Below are positions 25,175 to 37,070 of a DNA stretch of 64,000 nt, in pieces. Location: NCBI GenBank assembly GCA_028023455.1, contig JAQFVV010000006.1:124001-188000 (forward strand), in the 5' to 3' direction. The stretch comes from Epiperipatus broadwayi (taxonomy: Eukaryota; Animalia; Onychophora). The first letter of the stretch is position 1, and every line of letters starts with the position of its first letter. The notes below the pieces were generated by a model that searched no databases, was not told where the DNA came from, and saw only the letters and a list, made by a program, of their open reading frames with translations. Both the position numbers and the translations under genes were made by a program.

Positions 25175-26734
25175 ACATAAACGAATTAAGAGAGCAAGAT
25201 AAAAAAAAAAATAGCCAAGTTAGAGATAAATTCAAAATGGCACCCATACAAGTCGGTACTCGTAAAATTTAAAAATTCAAATTTCTAAGGATTTTTTATT
25301 TAATACTTTTTCAAACTATAGGCTACAGTGCATTATAATAATGAGGTCCTTATTTATAGCTGATTACTTCAGAGTAAATAATATGAACAAATTCATGAAC
25401 AGATGCAACGTTAATAACATTTAATCGGGATTAGCAGGATAAAATTATTATATTTATTTTTATAAAGCAATGAATAAATAATATTGTACAGAATTATTTA
25501 TATTTTTATTGAAAGAGATAAAAATATAAATTAAACAACCGTAGAAGTTTTTCATAAAAAAAAAAATTACAATTCCTACATGACGTCACATGAATTGATT
25601 ATTTATCTTTGGCTTGATAAGTGTCAAACCTCAACTGCCATTTCCGAGTTCTGCCTACGGTAGAAATTTATGTTTGCAAAGTGATTGTTAAATGAAAGTT
25701 CTCTCTTACAGAATATTTGGTTTTCGAGAGATGAAAAAATATGATTTAAAGAAATATGATCTGAATAAATTAAAACTTGAAACAACTAAAGGAATTAAAA
25801 AGAATTATGATTTCTACATTTTCAAGGATGATATAAAACATCTTCAATGTTGAAATAGACTCCATAATGAAAAGCAAACAAAGGAAAAAATGTTAAGGTT
25901 AACATAAAAGGGATTTTAAACTGAAGAAATGGATAAAACTTTAGTAATTAAAAGGATGATCACTTGAAGGATGGTAATGTTTAAATATTTATTATTTTAT
26001 AATGTAATGATATTTTAAATATTTTATATGTCTTATTGTATAATAAATATATATATTTTGTTAGTTATTAACATAACCTTGTTTCTTTTCTCATAAGTTT
26101 TACCATTTAAATTATAATTTAAATTTATAATAGTTAGGGAGATAAGAGTTCATATTCTACTGAATTAGTCGTGGTAGTGTTTTTAATAATACTGATCCTC
26201 CCATGAATTTCTGGGATGGCACTTGGGTTTTAAATCTAATATAAATGTGTAACCCATAGCATATAAAATTTCCCTTCAGTCATTAATGAGTGATTAATGG
26301 TCTGGAAAGATGGCATAGTTGGTAATATTTTTATTATTATAGCTATGTCTGTCTATTAGTATGATTTATGATTGAATTAAATATTTTTACTCCTATCTTA
26401 TTCCATTTCTATTATTTGGATTTGAATGTGAAATCTCAAAGATTATTTTAATTATTAAGCATTAACATTTCCTATCTCTTTTGACAAATGTCAGGACCAT
26501 TACAATAAATAAAATTAAATATTTCAAGGATTATAATGCAAACAACGGGATAAGTAGAGTTTTCATGTAATTGATTAGAGAATTGTATTAGCAGGGGTGT
26601 TACTAGGTAACTAAGAAATACTATTAACAATAACTTTTTTGTTATGGGTTTACTTAGAAATGAAAGGTGGTTCTCTTTTAGTTTTAATCCAAGATGCCTT
26701 AGGGATTTAAATCCAGACATACATTTTTATACTT

Positions 26735-26978
26735 GATAACAATCAACACTAAGCTATCAATAATCTCAACCTGTAGTCAAGGCAACCTCCTTAGATGATA
26801 ACAATCAACCCTAAGCTATCAATAATCTCAACCTGTAGTCAAGGCAACCTCCTTGGATTATAACAATCAATCCTAAGCTATCAATAATCTCAACCTGTAG
26901 TCAAGGCAACCTCCTTAGATGATAACAATCAACCCCAAGCTATCAATAATCTCAACCTCTAGTCAAGGCAACCTCCTT
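26735..26978 (+). repeat. Tandem repeat, 62-bp unit, ~4 copies
   Basis: Units start at 26735, 26797, 26859 and 26921 (gataacaatcaaccctaagctatcaataatctcaacctgtagtcaaggcaacctccttagat), with few differences. Confidence 0.95.
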
Positions 26979-27279
26979 TGAACAATAAAGGTGATACATA
27001 AAAAGAGTGGGATGAAATTCTTCTAAGACCGCATACCCATAAAAATATGTTGGGCTTAAATCTCTATATCAGATCTTGGGTTAGAAATAAAAGAGGACCT
27101 CCTTTTATATCTAAGTAAAGTCAGAACAAAAAAACTATTGTGAACTGCTAGAATCAATTGTTTAGTTTAAAAGCTGGCCGTAATACTTGATAATTTTATG
27201 TAGAAACAACACTGTTAACACAATCCTCTAGTCAATTACATGGAAATAATCTCACGTATTCCTCTGTTTACATCATATA

Positions 27280-27737
27280 TGTGTTTGAAAAGGTTTTTAA
27301 TAAATGTGTTTTATCAGTTCTTACTTATGGATCTGACTTGGACACTTAACAGAAGAACAATATAGAGACTTCAAACCATTCAAAGTAGTATAGAGATGCA
27401 TGTTACGAGAATCAAAAAGAATTGAAAATGAAATACATGGCTGAGAGAACAAACAGGTGTTACTGACACCATTGAAAGAATTAAGAGACTTAATTGTAGT
27501 TGGGACGGACGTATTGCTAGATGAGATGATAACGGATGGACAGCTGAAATCTTAAACAGGATTCCAAGGATTCTAAACGACCTAGAAAGATACCACATAT
27601 GAGATGGATGAATGAACTAAGAAGAGTGTGCTAGAAACAGGCAGAGAAGAGAGTCTACAGATTGGAAAAGTTGAATTGAATTTGGAGAGACCTTCATCCT
27701 GCTGAAGTGAGTTGATACTGGTTGAAAACGATGATGA
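27280..27737 (+). mobile_element. 5'-truncated, decayed copy of the RTE LINE 3' end
   Basis: Aligns by eye to ~44265..44730 (gtttttaataaatgtgttttaccagttcttacttatggatctga...ggagagaccttcatcctgc...gatgatga tail). Confidence 0.9.
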
Positions 27738-27850
27738 ATTTTAAAATATGTGCCAAATATTTAAATACAGTAAAAAAAACCCACTTCTTTCAACTTTAAT
27801 ACTTAATGAACAATTTAAATCAAAGTATATTTTCAGAATCTATTAATTAC

Positions 27851-27978
27851 CTGAAGTTCGAGTTTCGGCTGAGCTGCGAGCAACCATTCCCAGCATGCAA
27901 TCGATGTCTCCATTGAACATTCTGTGAAGTGATATACCGGACTCCAACATAAACTATGGAGAAGCTGACGATTTAGTC
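27851..27978 (-). CDS. PI4KA: PI4KA exon ([42 protein letters not shown]), 128 nt
   Basis: AG/GT ends; strong match to QLLHHLCW...[13 protein letters not shown]. Confidence 0.96.
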
Positions 27979-28112
27979 CTAAAAACATAAATAAATAAAC
28001 ATTTAATTTTCAATGCCTTATGTTTACATATTTATTTATTTTTTTACTTCACTTGGAATCTATTAGTAAATTCAGTAATGGTTTTCACTATATTTTAAAA
28101 AATGGAGTTATA

Positions 28113-28170
28113 GCGTAATGATTAGCACACCATTCATACAATTTGGGATTCAAATCTGAGCTGGATACAT
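28113..28170 (+). mobile_element. tRNA-like SINE head remnant
   Basis: tagcgtaatgat (A-box-like) and ggattcaaatct (B-box-like); no cloverleaf. Confidence 0.35.
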
Positions 28171-30803
28171 CTTGATATTTTTTTCAGTTCACAAACAGTT
28201 TTAATATATTTATTTAAGATAGACAGAAATCATAGTCAATCTAGTTTGTGATTCAAGAGTGAGTGGTAACTGGGAATATCTAGCTATTTTTAACTACAGT
28301 GTAAAAATCACAGGTTAATCTGGATTGATTAGAAAATTGTGAATTGCAGATTTTAAAAATAAAAATATAATTGTAATATTTCATCTTCAATATTGGTGAA
28401 GGGATGATACAGGCTAAAAAAGACTCGTCACTAAAAACTAAAATCTACGCTATATCTATAAAATAAGTGAAATGGAAATAGAACCAAATGACATAGTTCC
28501 CTAAAAATGCCAGATGTAATCTGTTAATAAATGTTTAAAATTTCTTCTATCTGGTCATGCTTAAAAAAAACCCAAAAAACTAATGTTAAAAATCTCGCAG
28601 AAACGGAGCACCTGCAGTAAAAAATATAGTATTCGAAAAAAATATTAATAATTATTTATTTAGCAACAGACATGTTCTGGTCCAAATAAATATATATTAA
28701 AAAACAAAAGTTGCATTTTATGAAATAGTTATGTACTTATTTAACATGAGATAAGTAAAAATTGAATTTCTCCGCATAGACAAACAATACTTTATTATGA
28801 ATATTTTTGGCAACTCTTTTATAAGATTCTATTATATATGATTTCAGAATTAAGTACGCGTAAAATAAAACTTCTAATTTTGCAGAAACATACCAGCTGT
28901 AGTAAAAAACTAGTAATAATTATTTATTTAACACTAAATTTGCTCCGATTCAATTAATAAAAGAATAAAATGTAGTATGTGCATGTTAAATGTATGTTAA
29001 ATAAAAAAAAAAAGATGGAATTTAGTTATCGCCGAAGGTGTAGGGAAGAACCCCCTAATATAATATATAAAATAAACTGAATGTTTTAAAGTAAAAAGAA
29101 AAAACAAAGCAAAATAAATAAATATGCAAGTAATACTTAAAAAAAATCAAATGTTTAGATATTGTAAGAGTCATAAGTCAGATATATATTGTAATCTCAT
29201 GTCGGAGTTTACAGGCATTACTTTAATGTGAATATATTTTTGTTATTATGTATAACAAAATATCTAAAGTCATGTATAAAAAAAAAATTTTTAAGTGGTT
29301 TAAGTGTAAAAATAAAATGTGTTATTACTTTATTATTTTAAAAATAATATTACGATTTTAAATAAAAAAACATTGCTATAGAAACCAGTCACAAATGACT
29401 GGGGGTGGAGGGGGAATAAAAAAGTTGCCATGGGCATCAACAAAAGCTTTCTAAAGTTATCTGCGTAATACACTTCGTCAACGTGTCTTGTACTAGACAG
29501 AAGTCAATAAAATTTTGTAAAGATTTTTAAGTTTATATCATGCATTTCATGAAGTAGAGAACCTTCCAGGATACTTTCTCTGATATTTCCAGTACTATAG
29601 CTGAATATAGAGCTGTAAACAAATATATGCCTTAAAAATTAACCTTTATTCTGTCGATGTATTCATTGACATTAAATGCTGAAGAAATATTTGACAGTTA
29701 CTTGTTATAAAAAGAAAACTAAGTGATCTAAAATGATTATTCCGTAGAAATGTATTTCTAAAATTAATTTGCAAATCAACTTATTTTAAAAGCTTAGAAG
29801 AACATTGCAATGGAAACTCTCGTAAAAAAAACTGTCTCGGAAGGAACCAAAATAACATAAAATATTAATTTCCAGCCGACATTAAAATTTAATGGTTAAT
29901 GCTCATATTCCCACATTTACAGATACAAAATACATATGTAAGCTCACAAAGATGTTAAAGTAAAACTTTCTATAGCTATCCTCAAAGACATTAAAAATTG
30001 CAAAAAATTTTTCCCTTTCATGTGTGATCATATAATTTTCTTAATTGTAAATATGTAAATACATTTTTTATTATCATTATCATTTCTTTAAATTAAAGTT
30101 ATGGTTATTATTAATAATTTTATTGTTTGTCATTTTTCATCCAAACCAAGCTAATTATTTATTTTGTTATGTAATAAATTAGGTGGAGGGGGGTAACAAT
30201 CAGGAAATATGATTGAATGTGTATAAAAACTTGTTTTTATGCATATTCAATTTGATCGTTGCTTGTGACTAATTAAAAATAAATTATACTCAGTGACTCA
30301 ATCAATATATAGGATCACCTTTTAATTGTCCTTAAATTCCCCTAGATGAAAATTTAATTTGCTGAATGTTAATTTTTATCATTTTACTGTTAACAAAACT
30401 CAGGATTAGAACAAACAGGCATTGAACCCAGTTTAGTTTTAAAATACATTTTTTTTTTTTTATTAAATTCGAAAAAATATAAATACTTGGCCGGATGAGA
30501 AATATAATCATTTATTTTGATATAAATAAAAATAAATCAATAAACTCATAAAGTCTTAGACAAAAACAGTGATAGAAATAGATTGGTAGAGATGATAGTA
30601 ATATGCTAATAAATAAAGTAAGGCACTAAAATTAAAGTACCTGGCAGCTCTAGGGTTGCATGATGGAAAGAGGGGTGAGTATTCTAGTTATTAAATAAAT
30701 AAAAAGTTTTTATATACATATTTTTTTAAAACTTTTATAGTAAAGGGAGTAGCTAATTTTTTTTAATATAAATTATATAAATGATTACCTGAGCTACAAC
30801 AAA

Positions 30804-31200
30804 AATGGAAACTCAGAAAAGTATAACCGATACTCGTGAAGTGAGTTTAAAAACATGATCATGAGCATGTTCATAGAATTGAATAAAAAAATCAAAAAAC
30901 ACAGTGAAGATCTTAAAACACAAAATAAGGAAATTAAAGAGAACATGGAATGTACATTTAAACGAATGGAAGAACAAACTACTGAAATGATTAAAAAAAT
31001 CGAAAAACAAACTAAAGGGATTATAGATGATAGGAGAAAGCAAAATAAACTACTGAGAGAAAAAATGAAAAATCCGTTTACAGACGTGCAAGATGATAGA
31101 GCCAGCTGGTAAATGAGATTAAAGAAAATAATGAAGAAAATGTGGTGGTAGAGGAAGCAGATAAAACTAGTGATAAATGCCCGATTGCGTTAGTTAAAAA
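30804..31200 (+). mobile_element. Disrupted coiled-coil ORF, probably a retroelement gag/ORF1 remnant
   Basis: K/E-rich heptad-like ORF 30855..31112 with stops in its flanking extension; intronic; family not recognised. Confidence 0.3.
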
Positions 31201-31370
31201 AGTTCAATTGATAATCTAAATAACTTTAACACAGAAGCTTTGGGGGTGATACTTGCATTGTAATTGATTGTGCATCTGAATTCCCACACGATAAATCTTA
31301 CTAAATAAATATTGTAATCATTAAAAAAAAAAAAATAGTCTTTTATAATTGTGAAAAACAAAACATTTAC

Positions 31371-31430
31371 CATTTGTATAAATTAAAAGTCCACAAACTC
31401 TACACAAACATGCTTTAAACTGCTCAGGAT
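31371..31430 (-). CDS. PI4KA: PI4KA exon (DPEQFKACLCRVCGLLIYTNG), 60 nt, phase 1/1
   Basis: Acceptor ttttcag, donor gtaaat; fills the phase gap exactly; positionally equivalent to the human FKLTAMLISSKD segment. Confidence 0.8.
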
Positions 31431-31539
31431 CTGAAAATATATATAAAATAGCAATACTTAAATCCAATCTTTTCCTTATTATTATGAATGCTATTAGCAT
31501 TTTATTTTTTTACAAAATTAAACCGAGTCAAATTCTTAC

Positions 31540-31636
31540 CGGTATCTGTGCAAGCATTTTCTAGATCATCTATTAACCTTTTTAGTAACTTCTTTTGTTC
31601 TTCTTCATTTTTACAAAAACCTATCATCCCAGAGAT
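31540..31636 (-). CDS. PI4KA: PI4KA exon (ISGMIGFCKNEEEQKKLLKRLIDDLENACTDT), 97 nt
   Basis: Acceptor gattag, donor gtaaga; phase fits both neighbours; resembles VYGMIRF...QDL. Confidence 0.85.
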
Positions 31637-31680
31637 CTAATCAAGTAAAAAACATTTACAATGCAAAATTAGAAATATAT

Positions 31681-33951
31681 TGTAACGAGCACAGACGTTC
31701 GTTACATTGTTTTTTTATATATAATTATTAAACAAGTTAAAATAAAAAGTTCGCATTTAAAAACTTTCTTTAAAAATTAAAAATTGAAATTAAAATATCG
31801 TCTTAAACTCTTATATATTAAGTCGCACAGATAATAAAAATTATTAAAATAAAATTTTTATTAAAGAAAAAGGTATTTTTAAAACTAAATTTTAAAAAGA
31901 TTTGGAGATAAAATTATATCTCTAAATCTGTCTTTAAATATATTTTTGATTTGGAAAACAGGGTAATTAATTAGAAATGGAAATGATTGTTAATTAGTTA
32001 AATGTAAAGCAGCCTGGAGCATTTAAATGAAATAACTTCAGTCAGATAGAAAGAAAACAATAGAAACGGATTAGCCAATGAAAGAAATCCATTTGGGAAA
32101 TCGGACCTCAGCGAAAGGATCATTACATCCATGACGCAATGTTAATTCAATCCTTTGACAAAAATATAAAAAGGACAAGTTTTGGAAAGCATAAGTGCAG
32201 TGACTGGAAATTTATTGATTATTGACGATGTAACAGCTAGGTGTTAGCGCTGGGGGGATTGAAAAAGACGCACAGCTTCAATCCCTTCAGTTCTGCTAAG
32301 AAAGAGAAAAAAATGGGCCATCGTTTATACAATGAGGACCAACTACACGAAAAACAAAATCTCCAAAGGATAAATAAATAAATCAACCGGATACTAATCT
32401 TCGGACGACGTGGGAATTCACGTTTAAACGGCCAGGAATATAATAGGATGAACTATTTCAATAACCGTAAGAACTTTAAAATTTATGAACAGTAAATTAA
32501 AAACTTTTCATATTTAAAATGATTTTAATATTATTCTATCTGACCAACAATATTTATTAATTGGTTATAATTTTATTTAATGTATTTAATTTGTAAAATC
32601 ATTTCCATTTATTTATTTATTTATTTATTTAATTTTGTTCTTTAAGTTGTTATTATTTCTGAGTTCGTTAAATAAATTATAAAAAATGTTAAACTTTAGT
32701 CTGGGCGTGAATGGCTGTATCGATTTGTAAAGATAATTAAGGGAGGGTAATCTTGGGTTGTTCATTTCGTGGTTGAATTGGTTCAATGGATTGGATATAT
32801 TTATGTAATTAGTAAATGTAATATGAGATCCGCTACGGGCAGGATTATAGATATACGCCACACACCCTCTGTTTGCCTATGGATGGGTTTGTAAGTCGGC
32901 AGAAGACCGCAGCCCATTCCTATGGAGTTTTTAGTTTATTGATCTACTTGCCCACAGATGTCACATTCCTGTGGGTGGAGAGTCAATGTCGTTTTTCTTT
33001 CTTCATATTGTTCAGATGTACATTCCTGACAATATAATTGTGTTGTCGTATCATGCTACATTGAATACATGAATGTATCAGATGGATTGAGCGCGGTTCC
33101 GATTGCGAAATGTGTTGCCTAGGGTTAAATAGGGATAGAATATTTTATTTTCGAATGCAAATCTATATAGTATATTCAGGCTCGATCCTATAAAACTATT
33201 AAATTTAAGTTGTTTATAGACGCTTGCATAGATTGGCTATCGGTTAAATATGTTTGCGTTTTCATATTTGATCAAAATATATAGACATTCGACAAATACT
33301 GATACCTTACGGTGAGTATCTAAAAGGTATTTATTCGGATGTCTTTTAAGTTATTGGTGACGATGCAAGTATCTTACGATGAATACTAGAGGGTTTCTTA
33401 TAATTCCCTATGCAATTGTCAGTAATCAATAATTTTGTATTTTGATCGCTTATGTTTACTTTGGAATGTTTTTAACCGTGTAATCTATGTAACCGATCTA
33501 TAGCAACTTATTATAACAAGCTTTTATAATCCCATCTGTGCGAACTTAATTAAAATGTAAACTTATAATATAATAGAAATTTAAATGTAAATTAAAGTCA
33601 AGAATCAAAGTTAAAAATAATGTTAAAATGAAAAACTAATACTAAAATAATTTTAAATCTTATATATATGTGCATAAATAAATGTTTGTAGGATTAATTA
33701 CTGGCAGTGGCTTATTTTATTTATTTTTTAATGTTGAAATCTAATTAGATAAGATATGATATTATTAAATCTCTGCTACTCCCTGAGCTAGTGACATGGG
33801 CTAACGACCGGAATCAAAATTAAAAAAAAAAAAAAAAATTTTTTTTTTTGACTTACGTATCTGCCTACTTTATAAATTTTTCTAGGTTCAAATGCCTAGA
33901 TGGCGCCCCGTAGTGCAGTTTACGTGAAGTCGTATTCTCCGGATCGTTACA
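31681..33951. mobile_element. Solo LTR (~2.27 kb), probably Gypsy-type
   Basis: TGTAACGA...TCGTTACA termini with ATAT duplicated on both sides; core 32700..33200 is close to 16295..16800. Confidence 0.8.
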
Positions 33952-34493
33952 ATATATATATGTAATAGCAAATGCCTCAAATGTTATATTTTCAGCTATG
34001 CACTCTGTGAATAAAACAGCTGTTTTGAGATGCGGGCTCTAAACATTTATTCACAGAGGATGTAACTGAAAATTTATTTGAGATGATTTGATATTTATTT
34101 CAGATAACAATATGAGCTGGAAATATTTTCATATATATATGAAATTACAGAAAGAACACCAGTCTCTCTCAGGTTATGGATAAATAGTACTCTGAATGTT
34201 GAACAAAGGATTAATAAGAGAATAAATCCACCACTTGGAGTTTCTGATGATTATAAGCTTATCTTTATCAATAACGGTGAAAATTCAGAGTGATGTTAAC
34301 GTATAAACCAATTGGAGTACAGCATTTAATAATTATTATTTTCATAATTAACTAAACAGACATGGAGATAGAATCTCTCTTTTAATCACCTTGCTTTTAA
34401 TCAATCAAAGAGAATGTATTAAATGTAAACGTGAAATTAACATAGCTTAATGTATATGACAGCATGGATGCGGATGTATATATACATATATTT

Positions 34494-35099
34494 ATAAGGG
34501 TCTTGAACTCAGACTTTCAAGCTCCTTATATCTATCCAATCCATCTTATTCAACCCAACACACACGACCACATACATGTGAAAAAGATAAATGATCTCCA
34601 ATATACACATTTCATGCTGATCCACCACTCATCAATTGATCCACATCACCATCTCCTACACATATATACAATCAGGGATCGGTTTATATTAAGATAGCAA
34701 ATCTTCAAACCTTAACGGACAAGCTTCAATATTCTCCACTCTCCACCTTTTCAGCCATCCATATCATTAAAAATCTGAGGATGGAATGCACAAAGCATTT
34801 AGATTGACTTAAGGTTAACATATTGGCATTAATAAGGGCTTTGAACATTCCATCCTTGTATTTTCAATTAAATGGATGGCTGGAGAATCAGAGAAGATTG
34901 AAGGTGGTCCATTTAAGTTTGAAGATTTGCTATTTTAATATAAAGCGAGCCCCGATTGCATATATGTATGGGAGATGGTAATCTGGATCAACTGATGAGT
35001 GTTGGTTTAGCATGAAATACATATATTGGAGATCATTTATCATTTTCACATATATAGATAGATGTAGGGAGCTTGAAAGTCTGCGTTCAAGTCCCTTAT
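34494..35099. repeat. Repeat family A, head-to-head fold-back copy
   Basis: Arms 34494..34797 and 34840..35099 are inverted and homologous to 1378..2357. Confidence 0.85.
34987..35030 (+). ncRNA. Minimal type I hammerhead motif, family A (mirror copy at 34597..34640 is decayed)
   Basis: AUCAA CUGAUGA GUGUU-GGUUU-AGCAU GAAA UACAUAUA UUGGA; G-U pairs keep helices I and II. Confidence 0.72.
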
Positions 35100-35414
35100 A
35101 ATTACATTGTCTCCTATAGACAATATACATATATTTGAATATTATATATGTGTGTGTGTCTTGTATGAAAATACCTATAAATCAAAATAAACTAATAGAC
35201 TGTTTAATAGCAATTCAACCAATAGTTGTTTTACATTTTCTGAAATTGTGCCAATTTGAACAAAAGACAAAAAAACTTAAAAAAATATTTTAAACAAGTG
35301 GCTAAGAAAGAGACTTATTAAATGAGAAACCTCAATTAGAGCAGTGTTTTATTAAAATGTGTTTGACATCTGGTTTCACAATCTTTATTTGAAAGGAAAT
35401 TAAAAATTATGTTA

Positions 35415-35943
35415 TCATCTGCTTGCTATTAAAACAGGCAAAACTTTCTATATGTATTGCCACTCAGTGCAAGCCAGAGTAATCAATGGATGCCAGAAGG
35501 CTTGTGCATAAAATCCCCATCTAGTGCCTACTCTTCCAATATCCCCAGACTAGTTTCTGGCTTGTGGCTTTCGTCAGTGAGAAACCTTGGATCTGAGAAC
35601 ACTGCACCTAGATCTTAGGATCTAATGCAACCCTCCAGCAGTCACCTTTTATCTTTACTTAACTACAAAACTATGAGTCTTAAATCGAAAACACTATAAT
35701 ATTTTCAATCCAAGCTCATTAGCTTACATAGTCATATAGGTCTGAACTCAGTTCAGTATTATACATTTTGTTGTCTTTTGTTCTTTAATAACCATAGCCA
35801 CCACTATCCTATTAGGCAGGATTGGTTTTAAGCCAATAAACATCACGATTCCTCTGGCTTGCACTGAGTGGGAATACGTATAGAGAGTTTTGCCTGTTTA
35901 ATAACAGTTATAAGCAAGCATAAGAAATGATGATCATGTGATC
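35415..35943. repeat. Repeat family B copy with a hammerhead motif at 35542..35583 (-) and an inverted 3' tail
   Basis: UUCUCA CUGACGA AAGC-CACAA-GCCA GAAA CUAGUC UGGGGA; arms ~35415..35480 and ~35850..35920. Confidence 0.8.
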
Positions 35944-36342
35944 ATCTGCTTGCCTATGAGAGTTTTAAAGTCATGCAATTTAGCTTCAGGAAAGAGAGGT
36001 AATCTTCCAATTTGCAGACAGAAGCTACATTGACAGTCAAAGCACTGTGTTTTGGTTCTCATTAAGAATTTGAATGAATATTAAAAAAAAAATTCATCTT
36101 CCTGTAATATAACTCACTTATGGAGAAGAAAAAAGATTTTAAAAGTATTTTTATGAAGCAAGAGTCGTCAACGACAATATCAAATACAAAATTGATAAAG
36201 TTTTCAAGTACGAAAGACTGAAAAAAAAAAAAAAAAATTCTCATATGGAAAAAAAATCCAATAATATAACTTCATATTTCAAAAAGATAGAACCATCAGT
36301 ATTGAAAAATCAGCTTCCACAGGCTGTCAATAAACAGTATGC

Positions 36343-36860
36343 GATGTGATGCATTGTGGCTTCTTTTTCAGAGTCAGGAATCTCTCAGCCACTATGTCCA
36401 AAAAACCTATTAGCCACTTTACCTTCCCTTTCCATTCCCCACCCTAAGTTTTTCCCATAATCTTCTCTATCCTGCACAATACCATATTTTACAAGATAAT
36501 CTTTGTCAACTCCACATGGCCTTTATATCTAAATCCCCCCTTTATCTTTCCCCAGACCCAGCGTAAAAACCCAAGAACTCACTTTCTGTATTATCACTTT
36601 GTTTATATTTATTCTTCCACACCCTTTCTGCTTGCAGGCATTTACATTCAATTAACAGGTGCCTAATATTTTTTATGCCTTCCTTTACACAACTTGCACC
36701 CACATTTTTTCATTTATGTGTATATTCCTTGTTGCTAAAGATCCTATTCAAGCCTTAAACAGTAAACTACTTTCCATGTTATTATCATAAATCAATTTGC
36801 ACTCAAGATTCCATATACTTCTCTATATATTTAAATTCTTTTTACTCTCCATACTAGTTC
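36343..36860 (-). mobile_element. LINE 3' end with an (ACATC)n tail
   Basis: Shares its 3' UTR (atggctaataggttt.tc.gggcata...gattcctggct...) and tail with 38006..38110 and 57230..57340. Confidence 0.6.
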
Positions 36861-36865
36861 TCCAT

Positions 36866-37070
36866 CTCTTACTGATGAAAGCCACAAGCTAGAAACTAAT
36901 CTGGGGACCTTGAATGAGTAGATACTAGTTAAGAGATTTTATGCACAAACTTACCAATATCCATTGATTACAATGGCTTGCATTACTGAACAGAGAATTT
37001 GCTACTATTATAATAGCTTGTGCAAGCATAGGAAATGGTGAACATGTGACATCTTAGTGGTTTAGAATTG
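36866..37070 (+). repeat. Repeat family B copy with a partly decayed hammerhead motif at 36866..36907
   Basis: CUCUUA CUGAUGA AAGC-CACAA-GCUA GAAA CUAAUC UGGGGA, followed by the family B tail. Confidence 0.7.

Noticed and set aside
26735-26978. CRISPR array
   Set aside because: Contiguous 62-bp units without unique spacers, eukaryotic context, no cas genes.
15123-33951. One 18.8-kb LTR retrotransposon bounded by the two LTRs
   Set aside because: Each LTR has its own TSD, and the interval holds host exons with no gag/pol.
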